From Squalus acanthias (Eukaryota), in the NCBI GenBank assembly GCA_030390025.1, contig JASTWF010000036.1:186001-250000 (forward strand): 64,000 nucleotides of DNA, in the 5' to 3' direction. Both the position numbers and the translations under genes were made by a program. The notes beneath the pieces were generated by a model. It ran no database searches and was not told the origin of the DNA. It worked only from the letters and a program-made list of their open reading frames with translations. Shown piece after piece: positions 49,560-63,580 of the stretch. The first letter of the stretch is position 1. The number at the start of each line of letters is the position of its first letter.

Positions 49560-52270
49560 GTCATAGAGTCACACAGCACAGAAAGAGGCCCTTCGGCCCA
49601 TCGTGTCCGCGCCGGCCCTCAAGCCCTGTCTATTCTAATCCCATTTTCCAGCACTTGGTCCGTAGCCTTGCATGCTATGGCATTTCAAGTGCTCATCTAA
49701 ATGCTTCTTGAATGTTGAGGGTTCCTGCCTCTACCACCCTTTCAGGCAGTGAGTTCCAGATTCCAACCACCCTCTGGGTGAAAAAGTTTTTCCTCAAATC
49801 CCCTCTAAACCTCCTGCCCCTTACCTTGAAACTATGCCCCCTGGTTATTGACCCCCTCTACTAAGGGGAAAAGTTCCTTTCTATCTACCCTATCTATGCC
49901 CCTCATAATTTTGCACACCTCAATCAGGTACCCCTTCAGCCTTCTCTGCTCCAAGGAAAACAACCCCAGCCTGTCCAGTCTCTCTTCATAGCTGAAGCGC
50001 TCCAGCCCAGGTAACATCCTGGTGAATCTCCTCTGCACCCTCTCCAATGCAATCACATCCTTCCTATAGTGTGGCGACCAGAACTGCACACAGTATTCCA
50101 GCTGTGGCCTAACTAGCGCTTTGTACAGCTCCATCATAACCTCCCTGCTCTTATATTCTATGCCTCAGCTAATGAAGGCAAGTATCCCACGTGCCTTTTT
50201 AAACCACCTTATCTACCTGTCCTGCTGCCTTCAGGGATCTGTGGACATGCACACCAAGGTCCCTCTGATCCTCTGTCCTTCCTAGTGTCCTACCATTCAT
50301 TGTGTATTCCCTTGCCTTGTTAGTCCTCCCGAAATGCATCCCCTCACATGTTGCCAATAGGGCAGGTAGTAGGGTGTTATTTGTCTCTGGCCCTCATCCC
50401 CGGTCCGAGTGGATGAGGACGTTTCAGCTCGTCCGCCAGACATGGATCTAGCAACGGTGCAGCAGCTGCAATTAGCGCAGGTGTGTCTCTGCTAACACAT
50501 CCGGGGCAAGTCCCATCCGGGTAGGTTCAACCCCTCCAGGTTGACCACAAGGCATTTTCTTCAATTAGTTTTTGCCCTAGTCTGCTCGGGCACCAATCCA
50601 CGCAGATCACAATCCATCTCCTGTTTCTTCGGGAGCCGTTTCGCCAACGATAAATCGTTGATACCAGCGAGGAGGTACGACTCTCTGAGGACGGCGAGAA
50701 CACGAAAGACATCCCCCAGCTACAGTAGCTATCCTAGAGTCATAGTTTATAGCCCCTAGTTCGAGAGAGGGGATCTGATTGAAACTTATAAAATTCTAAC
50801 AGGACTAGACAGACTAGATGCAGGAAGGCTGTTCCCGATGGCGGGGGAGTCCAGAACCAGGGGTCACAGTCTAAGGATAAGGGGTAATCCATTTAGGACT
50901 GAGATGAGGAGGAATTTCTTCACCCAGAGGGTGGTGAACCTGTGGAATTCTCTACCACAGAAGGCAGTGGAGGCCAATTCATTAAATATATTCAAGAATG
51001 AGTTAGATATATTTCTTAAGGCTAAGGGGATCAAGGGATATGGGGAAAAGGCAGGGACAGGGTACTGAATTTGGATGATCAGCCATAATCTCATTGAATG
51101 GCGGAGCAGGCTCGAGGGGCCGAATGGCCTACTCCTGCTCCTATCTTCTATGTTTTCGATGTCTTTCCCGCAAGTGGCAAAATCTTCTCTACGTCTACCC
51201 TATCTTGTTGAAACGTGTAAGATTCTGCGGGGGATTGACAGGGTAGATGCAGAGAGGCTGTTTCCCCCCTGGCTGGAGAGTCTAGAACTAGGAGGTCACA
51301 GTCTCAGGATAAGGGGGTCGGCCATTTGGGACTGAGATGAGGAGGAATTTCTTCACTCAGAAGGTGGTGAATCTTTGGAATTCTCTACCCCAGAGGGCTG
51401 TGGATGCTGAGTCGTTGAGTATGCAGCAGGCAGGTGCAGCAGGCGGTGAAGAAGGCAAATGGTATGTTGGCCTTCATAGCGAAAGGGTTCGAGTACAGGA
51501 ACAGGGATGTCCTGCTGCAGTTGTACAGGGCCTTGGTGAGACCACACCTTGAGTACTGTGTGCAGTTTTGGTCGCCTTATCTGAGGAAGGATGTTCTTGC
51601 CATGGAAGGAGTTCAGCGAAGATTCACAAGGCTGATACCTGGGATGGCAGGAATGACATATGAGGAGAGATTGGGTCGATTGGGCTTATACTCACTGGAG
51701 TATAGAAGAATGAGAGGGGATCTCATCGAAACATATAAAATTCTGACAGGTCTGGACAAACTAGATGCAGGAAGAATGTTCCCGATGGTCGGAGAGTCCA
51801 GAACCAGGGGTCATAATCTAAGGATAAGGGGTAAGCCATTTAGGACAGAAATGAGGAAGAATTTCTTCACCCAGAGAGTGGTGAACCTGTGGAATTCTCT
51901 GCCGCAGAAGGTAGTTGAGGCCAAGTCATTAAATATGTTCAAGAATGAGTTAGATATATTTCTTAAAGCTAAAGGTATCAAGGGATATGGGGAGAAGGCA
52001 GGTACAGGGTACTGAGTTTGGATGATCAGCCATGATCTCACCGAATGGCGGAGCAGGCTCGAGGGGCCGAATGGCCTACTCCTGCTCCTATCTTCTATGT
52101 TTCTATGTATATTCAAGGCTGAGATCGATAGATTTTTGGGAACTAGGGGAATCAAGGGATATGGAGATCGGGCGGGAAAGTGGAGCTGAGGTCGAAGATC
52201 AGCCATGATCTTATTGAATGGCGGAGCAGGCTCGAGGGGCCGAATGGCCCACTCCTGCTCCTACTTATGT
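49560..52270. mobile_element. CR1 fragments: 49560-50348 (-), 50764-51157 (+), and 51421-52107 (+) nested in an older CR1 tail
   Basis: CR1 ORF2 C-terminal motifs; host reads gtcgttgagt|atattcaaggc across the nested copy. Confidence 0.85.
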
Positions 52271-52804
52271 TATGAAACCCCCTTCTTTGTTCTGAAGACC
52301 TCTAGCAGGTCAGCCCTCAGCCTTCTCTTTTCTAGAGAAAAGCACCCCAGCCCGTTCTGTCTTTCCCAATCGGTCTAACCTCTCAGTTCTGTCGTCACCT
52401 GATGATTCCCAGCGAAGGAAAAGCCTGGGAATTGAAGGAATACTCCAGACTGACTGCCTGCAAGACCCGGCTTGCTTCCTCCCACCCACCCACCCCCACA
52501 ACCTCAAAGTCTGTAAAAATGGGTTAGGTGTGGCTGCTGAAACATGGCAGTCCAACGCCACAGGCATAAACGAGGCAATTAAGGGTGTAAATGCCACCGA
52601 TTTTTAAATGCTAGGTCGTTTTTGACGATGAGGCAGAAACAAAGGATGACTGGGGAAATCTGCCAGGCCACCCAACAATAAAACGCACAGATCAGCACCC
52701 ACCTTGCACGCGAAATCAAAATGCACGCAAGGGCATGGGATGGTGCAAAAGATTTGCTGCCTCCTTATCCAGGGAGGTAGCAAAGATTAAGCAATAAAGA
52801 CGAA

Positions 52805-53030
52805 ACAACAACAGAAAACGCTGGGAAAAACTCAGCAGGCCAGGCAGCATCCGTGGAGAGAGAAACAGAGTTAACGTTTCAGGTCGAAGACCTTTCGTCA
52901 GAACTGGAAAAAAGCAGGAAATGAAATAGATTTAAAGCAAGGATAAAGCTGGGAAAAGGGGGAGGGGACGAAAGAACAAAAGGAGAGATTAAGAGACATT
53001 GAGAGACATTAAGAGATGATCAAGGCAAGA
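52805..53030 (-). mobile_element. PLE family-1 pLTR fragment with hammerhead (52869-52905)
   Basis: Matches 625-850; minus strand agtt-CTGACGA-a-aggtc(ttc)gacct-GAAACGTT-aact. Confidence 0.8.
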
Positions 53031-53085
53031 GGAGGTGGGGGAGCATTTTGGTGCTAGTGACCATAATTCTGTTAGATTTAAGGTA

Positions 53086-53494
53086 TCATGTGGAGATGCC
53101 GGTGTTGGACTGGGGTGGACAAATGTGAGAAGTCGCACAACACCAGGTTATAGTCCAACCGCTTTATTTGAAATCATAGTCTTTGATGTAATGTTTTCCA
53201 TACAGACCCCAGCATCTGCCACATTTGACCCCTTGTGACCCCACCTCATTGTCTTTGAAGTAATGTTTTCCTGACTGACCTGTTTGGACACCATCCACAC
53301 CTTTGATTGCCGTGATTATCTCTCTGCCGAGGTGCGATAAAGGGCAGTTAGAAAGATTAACTGTAGTCACCTGGCAGTGTTCTCTGACTATATATGCATC
53401 TCTTCACTTCACCTGACGAAGGAGCAGCGCTCCGAAAGCTTGTGATTTCAAATAAAGCTGTTGGACTATAACCTGGTGTTGTGCGACTTCTCAC
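53086..53494 (+). mobile_element. PLE family-2 pLTR-only insertion with inverted ends, hammerhead (53409-53445) and 10-bp TSD
   Basis: 53121-53176 is inverted at 53443-53498; atttaaggta at 53076-53085 and 53495-53504. Confidence 0.8.
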
Positions 53495-53613
53495 ATTTAA
53501 GGTAGTTATGGAAAAGGACAAGGATAGACCAGAAATAAAAATTCTAAATTGGGGAAAAGCAAATTTTGCTCAGCTCAGAGGGGAATTTAGCCATAGTGGA
53601 CTGGAAACAGCTA

Positions 53614-54036
53614 CAGGAAACTTTCGTTTATCCGGCACCCAAATATCCGGAATTCTCGCTTAACCGGCAAAAATCATCCTCCGAAAACTCCTCTCAAATA
53701 ACCGGCAATGTTGCCGAGTCGCAGTTGAGTCTCCGCGAACGCCGAGTGCTCCGAAAAATCCTCTCAAATAACCGGCAATGTTGCCGATCCCGAGTCCGAG
53801 TCTGAGTCCGCGAACGCCGATTTAGTCAGTAGGGGTACTTTTCAAAAGTGCCACTACTCGGCCTCCTGGCGCTGTCGCAAGTCCGAAACATTGCAGTAGC
53901 ATGAGTAGATTCTCCCGTGCTGCTTGGAGTCTCTTTGTTAAAAATAGCCTCGGTAGATATAACTCTGTTATCCGGTACTTTCGATAAACCGGCACCACGC
54001 CGGTCCCGTCGATGCCGGATAAACGAAAGTTTCCTG
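53614..54036. mobile_element. Tc1/mariner-pogo-type MITE, perfect 24-bp TIRs, TA TSD
   Basis: TA|caggaaactttcgtttatccggca ... tgccggataaacgaaagtttcctg|TA. Confidence 0.9.
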
Positions 54037-54220
54037 TACTTGAAGGTAAATCAGTGTCAAGAGCAGTGGGAGGCATTCAAGGAGGAGATCCAGAGGGTTC
54101 AGACCAAATATGTGCCCTTAAAGAAAAAAGGTGGGACTAACAAATCTAGAGCCCCCTGGATGTCTAGGGACATACAGGGTAGGATAAAGAAAAAAAGGGA
54201 GGCGTATGACAGATACCGAG

Positions 54221-54386
54221 GGTTAGGTTGTGCGGGTTAGGTTGATTTGGCTATGATAAATTGACCCTTAGTGTTAGGGGGATTAAATATGTGGGGTTAC
54301 GGGGATAGGGTGGGATGTGTGTCAGTGCAGGCTCGATGGGCCGAAATGGCCTCTATCTGCACTGTGGGGATTCTGTGATTCTGTGA
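54221..54386 (+). mobile_element. V-SINE/HE1-like SINE 3' fragment
   Basis: gtgcgggttaggttgatttggctatgataaattgacccttagtgt plus CR1-like tail gggccgaaatggcc and (ttctgtga)n. Confidence 0.55.
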
Positions 54387-55496
54387 GTACAGAAAGTGCA
54401 GGAGTGCAATTAAAAAGATTAGGAAAGCAAAGAGAGGGCATGAAAAATTCTTGGCAAGTAAAATCAAGGAAAACCCAGAGATGTTTTATCAATATATTAA
54501 GAGTAAGAGGATAACTAAAGAAAGGGTAGGGCCTATTAGAGATCATGAGGGTAATGTGTGTGGAGGCGGGAGACGTCGGTAGGGTTCTTAATGAATACTT
54601 TGCATCTGTTTTCACAAAGGAGAGGGGCGAACAGACATTGCTATCAGGGAGGAGGAGTGTGAAATAAACACAGTGAGAGAGGAAGTATTAAGGGGTTTAG
54701 CAGCTTTAAAAGTGGATAAATCCCCAGGCCCAGATGAAATGTATCCCAGGCTGTTAAGCGAAGCAAAAGAGGAAATAGCAGAGGCCCTGACCATCATTTT
54801 TCAATCCTCTCTGGCTTCAGGTGTGGTGCCGGAGGACTGCTAATGTGGTACCCTTGTTTAAAAAGGGAGAAAAGGGAGAGTAATTACAGGCCAGTCAGCC
54901 TAACCTCAGTGATGGGAAAATTATTGGAAAGAATTCTGAAGGACAGGATAAATCTTCATTTAGAAAGACACGGATTAATCAAGGATAGTCAGCACGGATT
55001 TGTTAAGGGAAGGTCATGTCTGACAAACTTGATTGAATTTTTTGAGGAGGTAACAAGGAGGGTAGATGAGGGTAGTGCGTTTGATGTAGTGTATATGGAC
55101 TTTAGCAAGGCTTTTGATAAGGTTCCACATGACAGACTGGTCACGAAGTTAAAAGCCCATGGGATCCAGGGCAAAGTGTCAAGTTGGATTCAAAACTGGC
55201 TCGGAGACAGGAGGCAGAGGGTAATGGTTGATGGGTGTTTTTGTGACTGGAAGGCTGTTTCCAGTGGGGTTCTGCAGGGCTCAGTACTAGGTCCCTCGCT
55301 TTTTGTGGTATATATCAATGATCTAGACTTGAATATAAGGGTATGATTAAGAAGTTTGCAGATGATACTAAAATCAGCTGTGTGGTTGATACTGAAGAAG
55401 GAAGCTGTAGACTGCAGGAAGATATCAATAAATTGGTCAGGTGGGCAGAACAATGGCAAATGAAATTCAATCCGGAGAAATGTGAGGTAATGCATT

Positions 55497-56170
55497 TAGA
55501 AACATAGAAACATAGAAGATAGGAGCAGGAGTAGGCCATTCGGCCCCTCGAGACTGCTCCGCCATTCGATGAGATCATGGCTGATCATCTAAACTCAGTA
55601 CCCTGTACCTGCCTTCTCCCCATATCCCTTGATACCTTTAGCTTTAAGAAATATATCTAACACATCCTTGAATATATTTAATGACTTCGCCTCAACTACC
55701 TTCTGTGGTAGAGAATTCCACAGGTTCACCACTCTCTGGGTGAAGAAATTCTTCCTCATTTCTGTCCTAAATGGTTTACCCGTTATCCGTAGATTATGAC
55801 CCCTGGTTCTGGACTCTCCGACCATCGGGAACATTCTTCCTGCATCTAGTTTGTCCAGACCTGTCAGAATTTTATATGTTTCGATGAGATCCCCTCTCAT
55901 TCTTCTATACTCCAGTGAGTATAAGCCCAATCGACCCAATCTCTCCTCATATGTCATTCCTGCCATCCCAGGTATCAGCCTTGTGAATCTTCGCTGAACT
56001 CCTTCCATGGCAAGAACATCCTTCCTCAGATAAGGCGACCAAAACTGCACACAGTACTCAAGGTGTGGTCTCACCAAGGCCCTGTACAACTGCAGCAGGA
56101 CATCCCTGTTCCTATACTCAAACCCTTTCGCTATGAAGGCCAACATACCATTTGCCTTCTTCACCGCCTG
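55497..56170 (-). mobile_element. Young CR1 3' fragment
   Basis: Near-identical to 51431-52107 in the opposite orientation. Confidence 0.9.
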
Positions 56171-56493
56171 GCCTGATGAGTGGCAGGTAACATTCACGCC
56201 ACACAAGTGCCAGGCAATGACTATCTCCAACAAGCGAGCGTCTAACCACTGCCCCTTGACATTACCATCGCCGAATCCCCCACCATCAACATCCTGGGGG
56301 GTCACCATTGACTAGAAACTTAACTGGACCAGCCACATAAATACTGTGGCAACAAGAGCAGGTCAGAGGCTGGGTATTCTGCGATGAGTGTCTCACCTCC
56401 TGACTTCCCAAAGCCTTTCCACCATCTACAAGGCACAAGTCAGGAGTGTGATGGAATACTCTCCACTTGCCTGGATGAGTGCAGCTCCAACAC

Positions 56494-58592
56494 TCAAGAC
56501 CTTGGAGTGCATGTCCACAGATCCCTGAAGGTAGCAGGCCAGGTAGATAAGGTGGTTAAGAAGGCATATGGAATGCTTGACTTTATTAGCAGTGGCATAG
56601 AATACAAGAGCAGGGGGGTTATGCTTCAACTGTATAAAACACTAGTTAAGCCTCAGCTAGACTACTGCGTGCAGTTCTGGTCACATTACAGGAAAGATGT
56701 GATTGCACTAGAGAGGGTACAGAAGAGATTTACAAGGATGTTGCCGGGAGTAGAGAATCTTGGCTATGAGGAAAGACTGGATAGGCTGGGTCTGTTTTCC
56801 TTGGAACAGAGGAGGCTGAGGGGAGACCTTATTGAGGTGTATAAAATTATGAGGGGCATAGATAAAGTGGATAGAAAGGACCTATTTCCCTTAGCGGAGG
56901 GGTCAAAAACCAGGGGGCACAGAGTTAAAGTAATTGGGGGAAGGTTTAGAGGGGATTTGAGGGGAAATTTCTTCACCCAGAGGGTTGTGGGGGTCTGGAA
57001 CTGACTGCCTGAAAGGGTGGTCGAGGCAGAAACCCTAACCACATTAAAAAAAGTACTTGGATGTGCACTTGGGATGCTCTAACCTGCAGGGCTACAGACC
57101 AAGAGCTGGGAAGTGGGATTAGGCTGGATAGCTCTTTGTTGGCCGGCGTGGACACGATGGGCCGAAATGGCCTCCTTCCGTGCTGTAACTGTCTATGATT
57201 CTAAAGACGTTAAACCCACCACGGAACAAGACAACGCGGGGCCCGATACACGCTCGATCAATCGCCTCCTCGCTGACTGGGCCCTCTGATGTTGTGAGTG
57301 ACAGGATCTCTGTCTAATTCCAACCAGTTGGCTAATTCTCGTTCTGCAACCCCACCGAGGTCAAACTTCCACCCCCCCCCCTCGCCCCCCAACTCTTGGC
57401 AATGTCCCCTCTGGTCCATTCCTTGCTAAATTGAGCCATCGGCTCCCCTCCAATCCTCTTCTGGCGGTAGAAAGCAGGGACGGACAATGGTGAGGTTCCC
57501 AGAGGGGAGTGCGGGTTGGAGAACTGGGAGGCGACCGCACTGTCGCTCCATCTCAGACTCGCACTCCCACACTCGGTGTATCGAGCCTATCCCTCTAGAA
57601 ATGAACCTCGGTGCTTGGCTGGCTTTTGTTAACCTGCGTCGTCACTGCCCGGCTGAGGCGGCATACGGGATACTTGCCTTTATTAGCCGAGGCATAGGAT
57701 ACAAGAGCAGGGAGGTTATGCTTGAACTGCATAAAACACTAGTTAGGCCTCAGCTAGAATACAGCATGCAGTTCTGGTCACCACATTACAGGAAAGATGG
57801 GATCGCACTAGAGGGGGCGCAGAGGAGATTTACCAGGATGTTGCACTAGAGGAGATTTACCAGGATGTTGCACTAGATGGGGTACAGAGGAGATTTACCA
57901 GGATGTTGCACTAGAGGAGATTTACCAGGATGTTGCACTAGACGGGGTACAGAGGAGATTTACCAGGATGTTGCACTAGAGGAGATTTACCAGGATGTTG
58001 CACGAGACGGGGTACAGAGGAGATTTACCAGGATGTTGCACTAGAGGAGATACACCAGGATGTTGCACTAGACGGGGTACAGAGGAGATTTACCAGGATG
58101 TTGCACTAGAGGAGATACAGAGGAGATTTACCAGGATGTTGCCAGGGCTGGGGAATTTCAGCGATGAGGAAAGATTGGAAAGGCTGGGGTTGTTCATTTT
58201 GGAACAGAGGAGGCTGAGGGGGAGATTTAATTGAGGTGTACAAAATTATGAGGGGCCTAGATAGAGTGGATAGGAAGGACCTATTTCCCCTTAGCAGAGG
58301 GGTTAATAACTAGGGGGCATAGATTTAAAGTAATTGGTGGAGGATTAGAGGGGAGTTAAGGAGAACTTTTTTTCACCCAGAGGGTGATGGGGGTCTGGAA
58401 CTCACTGCCTGAAAGGGTGGCAGAGGCAAAAACATACATCACATTTAAAAAGTACTTGGATGTGCACTTGAAGTGCCGTAACCTACAGGGCTATGGACCA
58501 AGAGTGGGATTAGGCTGGAGAGCTCTTTGTTGGCCGGCACGGACACGATGGGCCGAACGGCCTCTTTCTGTGCCATAAATTTCTGTGATTCT
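56494..58592 (+). mobile_element. Two CR1 3' fragments (56494-57203; 57655-58592, with internal 27/39-bp repeat at about 57822-58140)
   Basis: LVKPQLDYCVQFWS; repeat gaggagatttaccaggatgttgcacta. Confidence 0.82.
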
Positions 58593-58919
58593 AGTGAAAG
58601 TGAAACCGGAGCAATGAAACATGTACAGCTGACTTCAACTGACACTGTGCGGATTACACTACAAGCCTCACCCACCTAATTACGGAGGTACATATCACAG
58701 GGCCCTGAGAACCACCGATAGTCCTCGTCAAGAAATGTTTCTTAATCCTGGAGGCTCGCCAATTACCAAGAGTGACAATGTGGTTAACTGTGCTTCAGTA
58801 AATGCCCCCTGGCTATTCTGTACTCACAGGATTAAAGCGCAGCGCTCTTAAGTTTCAGAAATCAACATTACACCTCTTATTACACAAGGTGTACTATAAT
58901 TACCTGGTGTTACGTAGAA

Positions 58920-60165
58920 TTTTAATTGCACAGAAACAGGCCATTCGGCTCAACTGGTCCGTGCCGGTGTTTATGCTCCACACGAGCCTCCTCCCACCCC
59001 TACTTCATCTCACCCTATCACCATATCCCTCTATTCCTTTCTCCCTCGTGTGCTTATCCAGCTTCCCCCTTAAATGCATCTGTGCTATTCGCCTCAACCA
59101 CTCCCTGTGGGAGCGAGTTCCACATTCTCACCACTCTCTGGGGTAAAGAAGTTTCTCCTGAATTCCCCTATTGGATATATTAGTGACCATCTTATATCGA
59201 TGGCCCCTAGTCCTGGTCTCCCCCCACGAGTGGAAACATCTCTACACCTATCCTATTGAAACCCCTTCATAATTTTAAACACCTCTATCAGGACGCCCCT
59301 CAGCCTTCTCTTTTCTAGAGAAAAGAACCCCAGCCTGTTCAGCCTTTCCTGATAGTTATAAACCTCTCAGTTCTGGCATCACCCTTGTCAATCTTTGTTG
59401 CACTTTCTCCAGTGCCTTTTTGTAACATCAAGACCAGAACTGTGCACAGTGCTCCAAGTGTGGTCTAACCAAGGTATATGGAGACCAGAACTGTGCACAG
59501 TGCTCCAAGTGTGCTCTAACCAAGGTATATGGAGACCAGAACTGTGCACGGTGCTCCAAGTGTGGTCTAACCAAGGTATATGGAGACCAGAACTGTGCAC
59601 AGTGCTCCAAGTGTGGTCTAACCAAGGTATATGGAGACCAGAACTGTGCACAGTGCTCCAAGTGTGGTCTAACCAAGGTATACGGAGACCAGAACTGTGC
59701 ACGGTGCTCCAAGTGTGGTCTAACCAAGGTATACGGAGACCAGAACTGTGCGCAGTGCTCCAAGTGTGGTCTAACCAAGGGTATATGGAGACCAGAACTG
59801 TGCACGGTGCTCCCAGTGTGGTCTGACCAAGGTATACGGAGAGCAGAACTGTGCACGGTGCTCCCAGTGTGGTCTGACCAAGGTTTACGGAGAGCAGAAC
59901 TGTGCACGGTGCTCCCAGTGTGGTCTGACCAAGGTATACGGAGAGCAGAACTGTGCACGGTGCTCCCAGTGTGGTCTGACCAAGGTATATGGAGACCAGA
60001 ACTGTGCACGGTGCTCCCAGTGTGGTCTAACCCAGGTATACGGAGACCAGAACTGTGCACGGTGCTCCAAGTGTGGTCTAACCAAGGTTTGATAAAGTTG
60101 AACATAATCTCTCTGCTTTTCAATTCTATTCCTCTAGAAATGAACCCTAGTGCTTGGTTTGCTAT
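58920..60165 (-). mobile_element. CR1 3' fragment with in-situ 51-bp array (59432-60087)
   Basis: Same subfamily and tail as 16440-17350. Confidence 0.88.
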
Positions 60166-60671
60166 TTTATTAACACCCAGAATTGTGCAATGACACCAGC
60201 AGAAGACAACACAAACAACTGAGCGACCAATTACCCAACGTTGTGACAACAATCGTCTCACCGTACCTTTCGCAAACACAACAATGGACTACTGACACCA
60301 TCCACCACTTCAAAAGAGCATTTTGGGTTTTTTTGAATCACTGTTAACATAATTTTTGTGGTTGTATAACTGAACGCCTTGCACTTCCTGCTGTCACAAT
60401 CTTTGGTCACGCTTTTCTGTCCAACATTTACCGTTGCAAACTGCTGCTCCAAAATTTACCACTCAGTTTTTGTATGTCAACTGTCACAGCATAATTGCAG
60501 GCTCTTGCCACTAGGTGGCTGTTTGTCACGTTCGAGACTCATCACCATCTCGCATCTTAAAAATATGTGCATTCGCGAACTACCTGTGGGAAATGCCACG
60601 GCAATTTACTGATATACCGTGACAATTTTTTATTCACTGGATTGAAAACTGCTGATTTAATTTTTTTGAAT

Positions 60672-61295
60672 GATAGAACGATACAGCACAGAAGGAGGCC
60701 ACTCGGCCCGTCATTTCTGTGCCGATCTTTGAAAGAGCTCTCCAATTAGTCCCACGCCCTCTGCTCTTGCCCCGTAGCCCTGCAAATATTTCCTTTTCAA
60801 GTATTTATCCAATTCCCCTTTTGAAAGTTACTAATGAATCTGCTCCCACCGCCCTTTCAGGCAGCGCATTCCGGATCATAACAACTCGCTGCGTAAAAAA
60901 CTCATCTCCCGCCCCCCGGTTCTTTTGCCGATTATCTTAATTCTGTGTCCTCTGGTTACCGACCCTCCTGCCACTGGAAACAGTTTCCCCCTCTCTACTC
61001 GATCAAAACCCCTCGTAATTGAAAGCAATTCTATCAAATCTCCTCTTAACCTTCTCTGCTCTAAGGAGAACAACCCCAGCTTCTCCAGTCTCTCCACGTG
61101 ACTGAAGTCCCTCATCCCCTGGTACCACTCTAGAAAATCTCCTCCGCACCCTCTCCGAGGCCTTGACATCCTTCCTAAAGTGTGGTGCCCAGAATTGGAC
61201 ACAATACTCCAGCTGGGGCCTAACCAGCAATTTATAAAGATTTAGCGTAACTTATGCCCCTATTTACAAAGCCAAGCATCCCAAATGCATTTGCT
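60672..61295 (-). mobile_element. CR1 3' fragment
   Basis: [35 protein letters not shown]. Confidence 0.82.
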
Positions 61296-61397
61296 ATTTA
61301 AAAATAACTTCTTGCAAGCTACTGTGAATATAGAGGGAATCAGGAACAGATGGTTAGAAAGCTGTTTTCTAAAAATTAAGACCCGGTTTACCTGTGC

Positions 61398-62323
<926 letters not shown>

Positions 62324-62597
62324 TCAGACTGCACACTGTTGTTTAACAGTCGAGCACAGTTCAACTAGACAGAACCAGTTAGATTCTACTAAATCACATC
62401 ACTAGATAGATAGAACAACTCCTCCCATTTTTACAGCGCCTTTAACGTCGTAAAATGTCCCAAGGCCGAGGCATAGAATAGAGGTCGAAGTTGTGTCCTT
62501 CGCGAGTTGCTGTTAAAGAATGTCCCGCGCAAGCTGGGCCCGTGCCCGAGTATTTATACTCTCCCCGGACAGCGTCACCCACAGGCCACCCAGTATT

Positions 62598-63580
62598 AAC
62601 ATAGAAGATAGGAGCCGGAATAGGCCATTCAGCCCCTCGAGCCTGCTCCGCCATTCAATGAGATCATGGCTGATCATCCAAATTCAGTACCCTGTCCCTG
62701 CCTTCTCCCCATATCCCTTGATGCCTTTAGCTTTAAGAAATATATCTAACTCCTTCTTGAAGAAATTTAATGAATTGGCCTCTTCTGCCTTCTGTGGTAG
62801 AGAATTCCACAGGTTCACCACCCTCTGAGTGAAGAAATTTCTCCTCATCTCAGTCCTAAATGTCCTACCCGTATCCTGAGACTGTGACCCCTCGTTCTAG
62901 ACCCCCCCCCCAGCCAGGGGAAACATCCTCCCTGCATCCAGTCTGACTAGCCCTGTCAGAATTTTATACGTTTCAGGCCTAGTCGACCCAATCTCTCCTC
63001 ATACGACAGTCCTGCCATCCCAGGAATCAGTCTGGTGAACCTTCGTTGCACTCCCTCTGTGGCAAGTATATCCTTTCTTAGGTAAGGAGACCAAAACCGC
63101 ACACAGTACTCCAGGTGTGGTCTCACCAAGGCCCTGTATAACTGCAGTAAGACATCGTTGCTCCTGTACTCAAATCCTCTTGCCATGAAGGCCAACATGT
63201 CATTTGCCTTCCTAACTGCTTGCTGCACCTGCATGTTTGCTTTCAGTGACTGGTGTACAAGGACACCCAGGTCCCTTCTTGTATATCAACATTTCCCAAT
63301 CTAGCACCATTTGAATAATACTCTGCCTTTCTGTTTTTCCTACCGAAGTGGATAACTTCACATTTATCCACGTTATACTGCATCTCTGCCATGTATTTGC
63401 CCACTCACTCAACTTGTCTAAATCGCCTTGAAGCCTCTTTGCGTCCTCCTCGCAACTCACGATCCCACAATAGTTTCGCGTCGTCAGCAAACTTGGAATT
63501 ATTACATTTGGTTCCTTCCTCCAAATCATTGATCTATATATTGTGAATAGCCGGGGCCCGAGCACCGAACCGGAGAACCG
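62598..63580 (-). mobile_element. CR1 3' fragment(s)
   Basis: [21 protein letters not shown]1 tail. Confidence 0.85.

Larger units (their letters stand above)
53035..55497 (+). mobile_element. Decayed CR1 ORF2 carrying three nested insertions
   Basis: ASDHNSVRFKV|VMEKDK..., WKQL|LEGK..., SPGPD, YRPVSL, GVLQGS, FADD. Confidence 0.85.

Noticed and set aside
59432..60087. Repeated CACAGTG resembling V(D)J RSS heptamers
   Set aside because: No nonamer at 12- or 23-bp spacing and no V/J segments; the heptamer comes from the CR1 unit.
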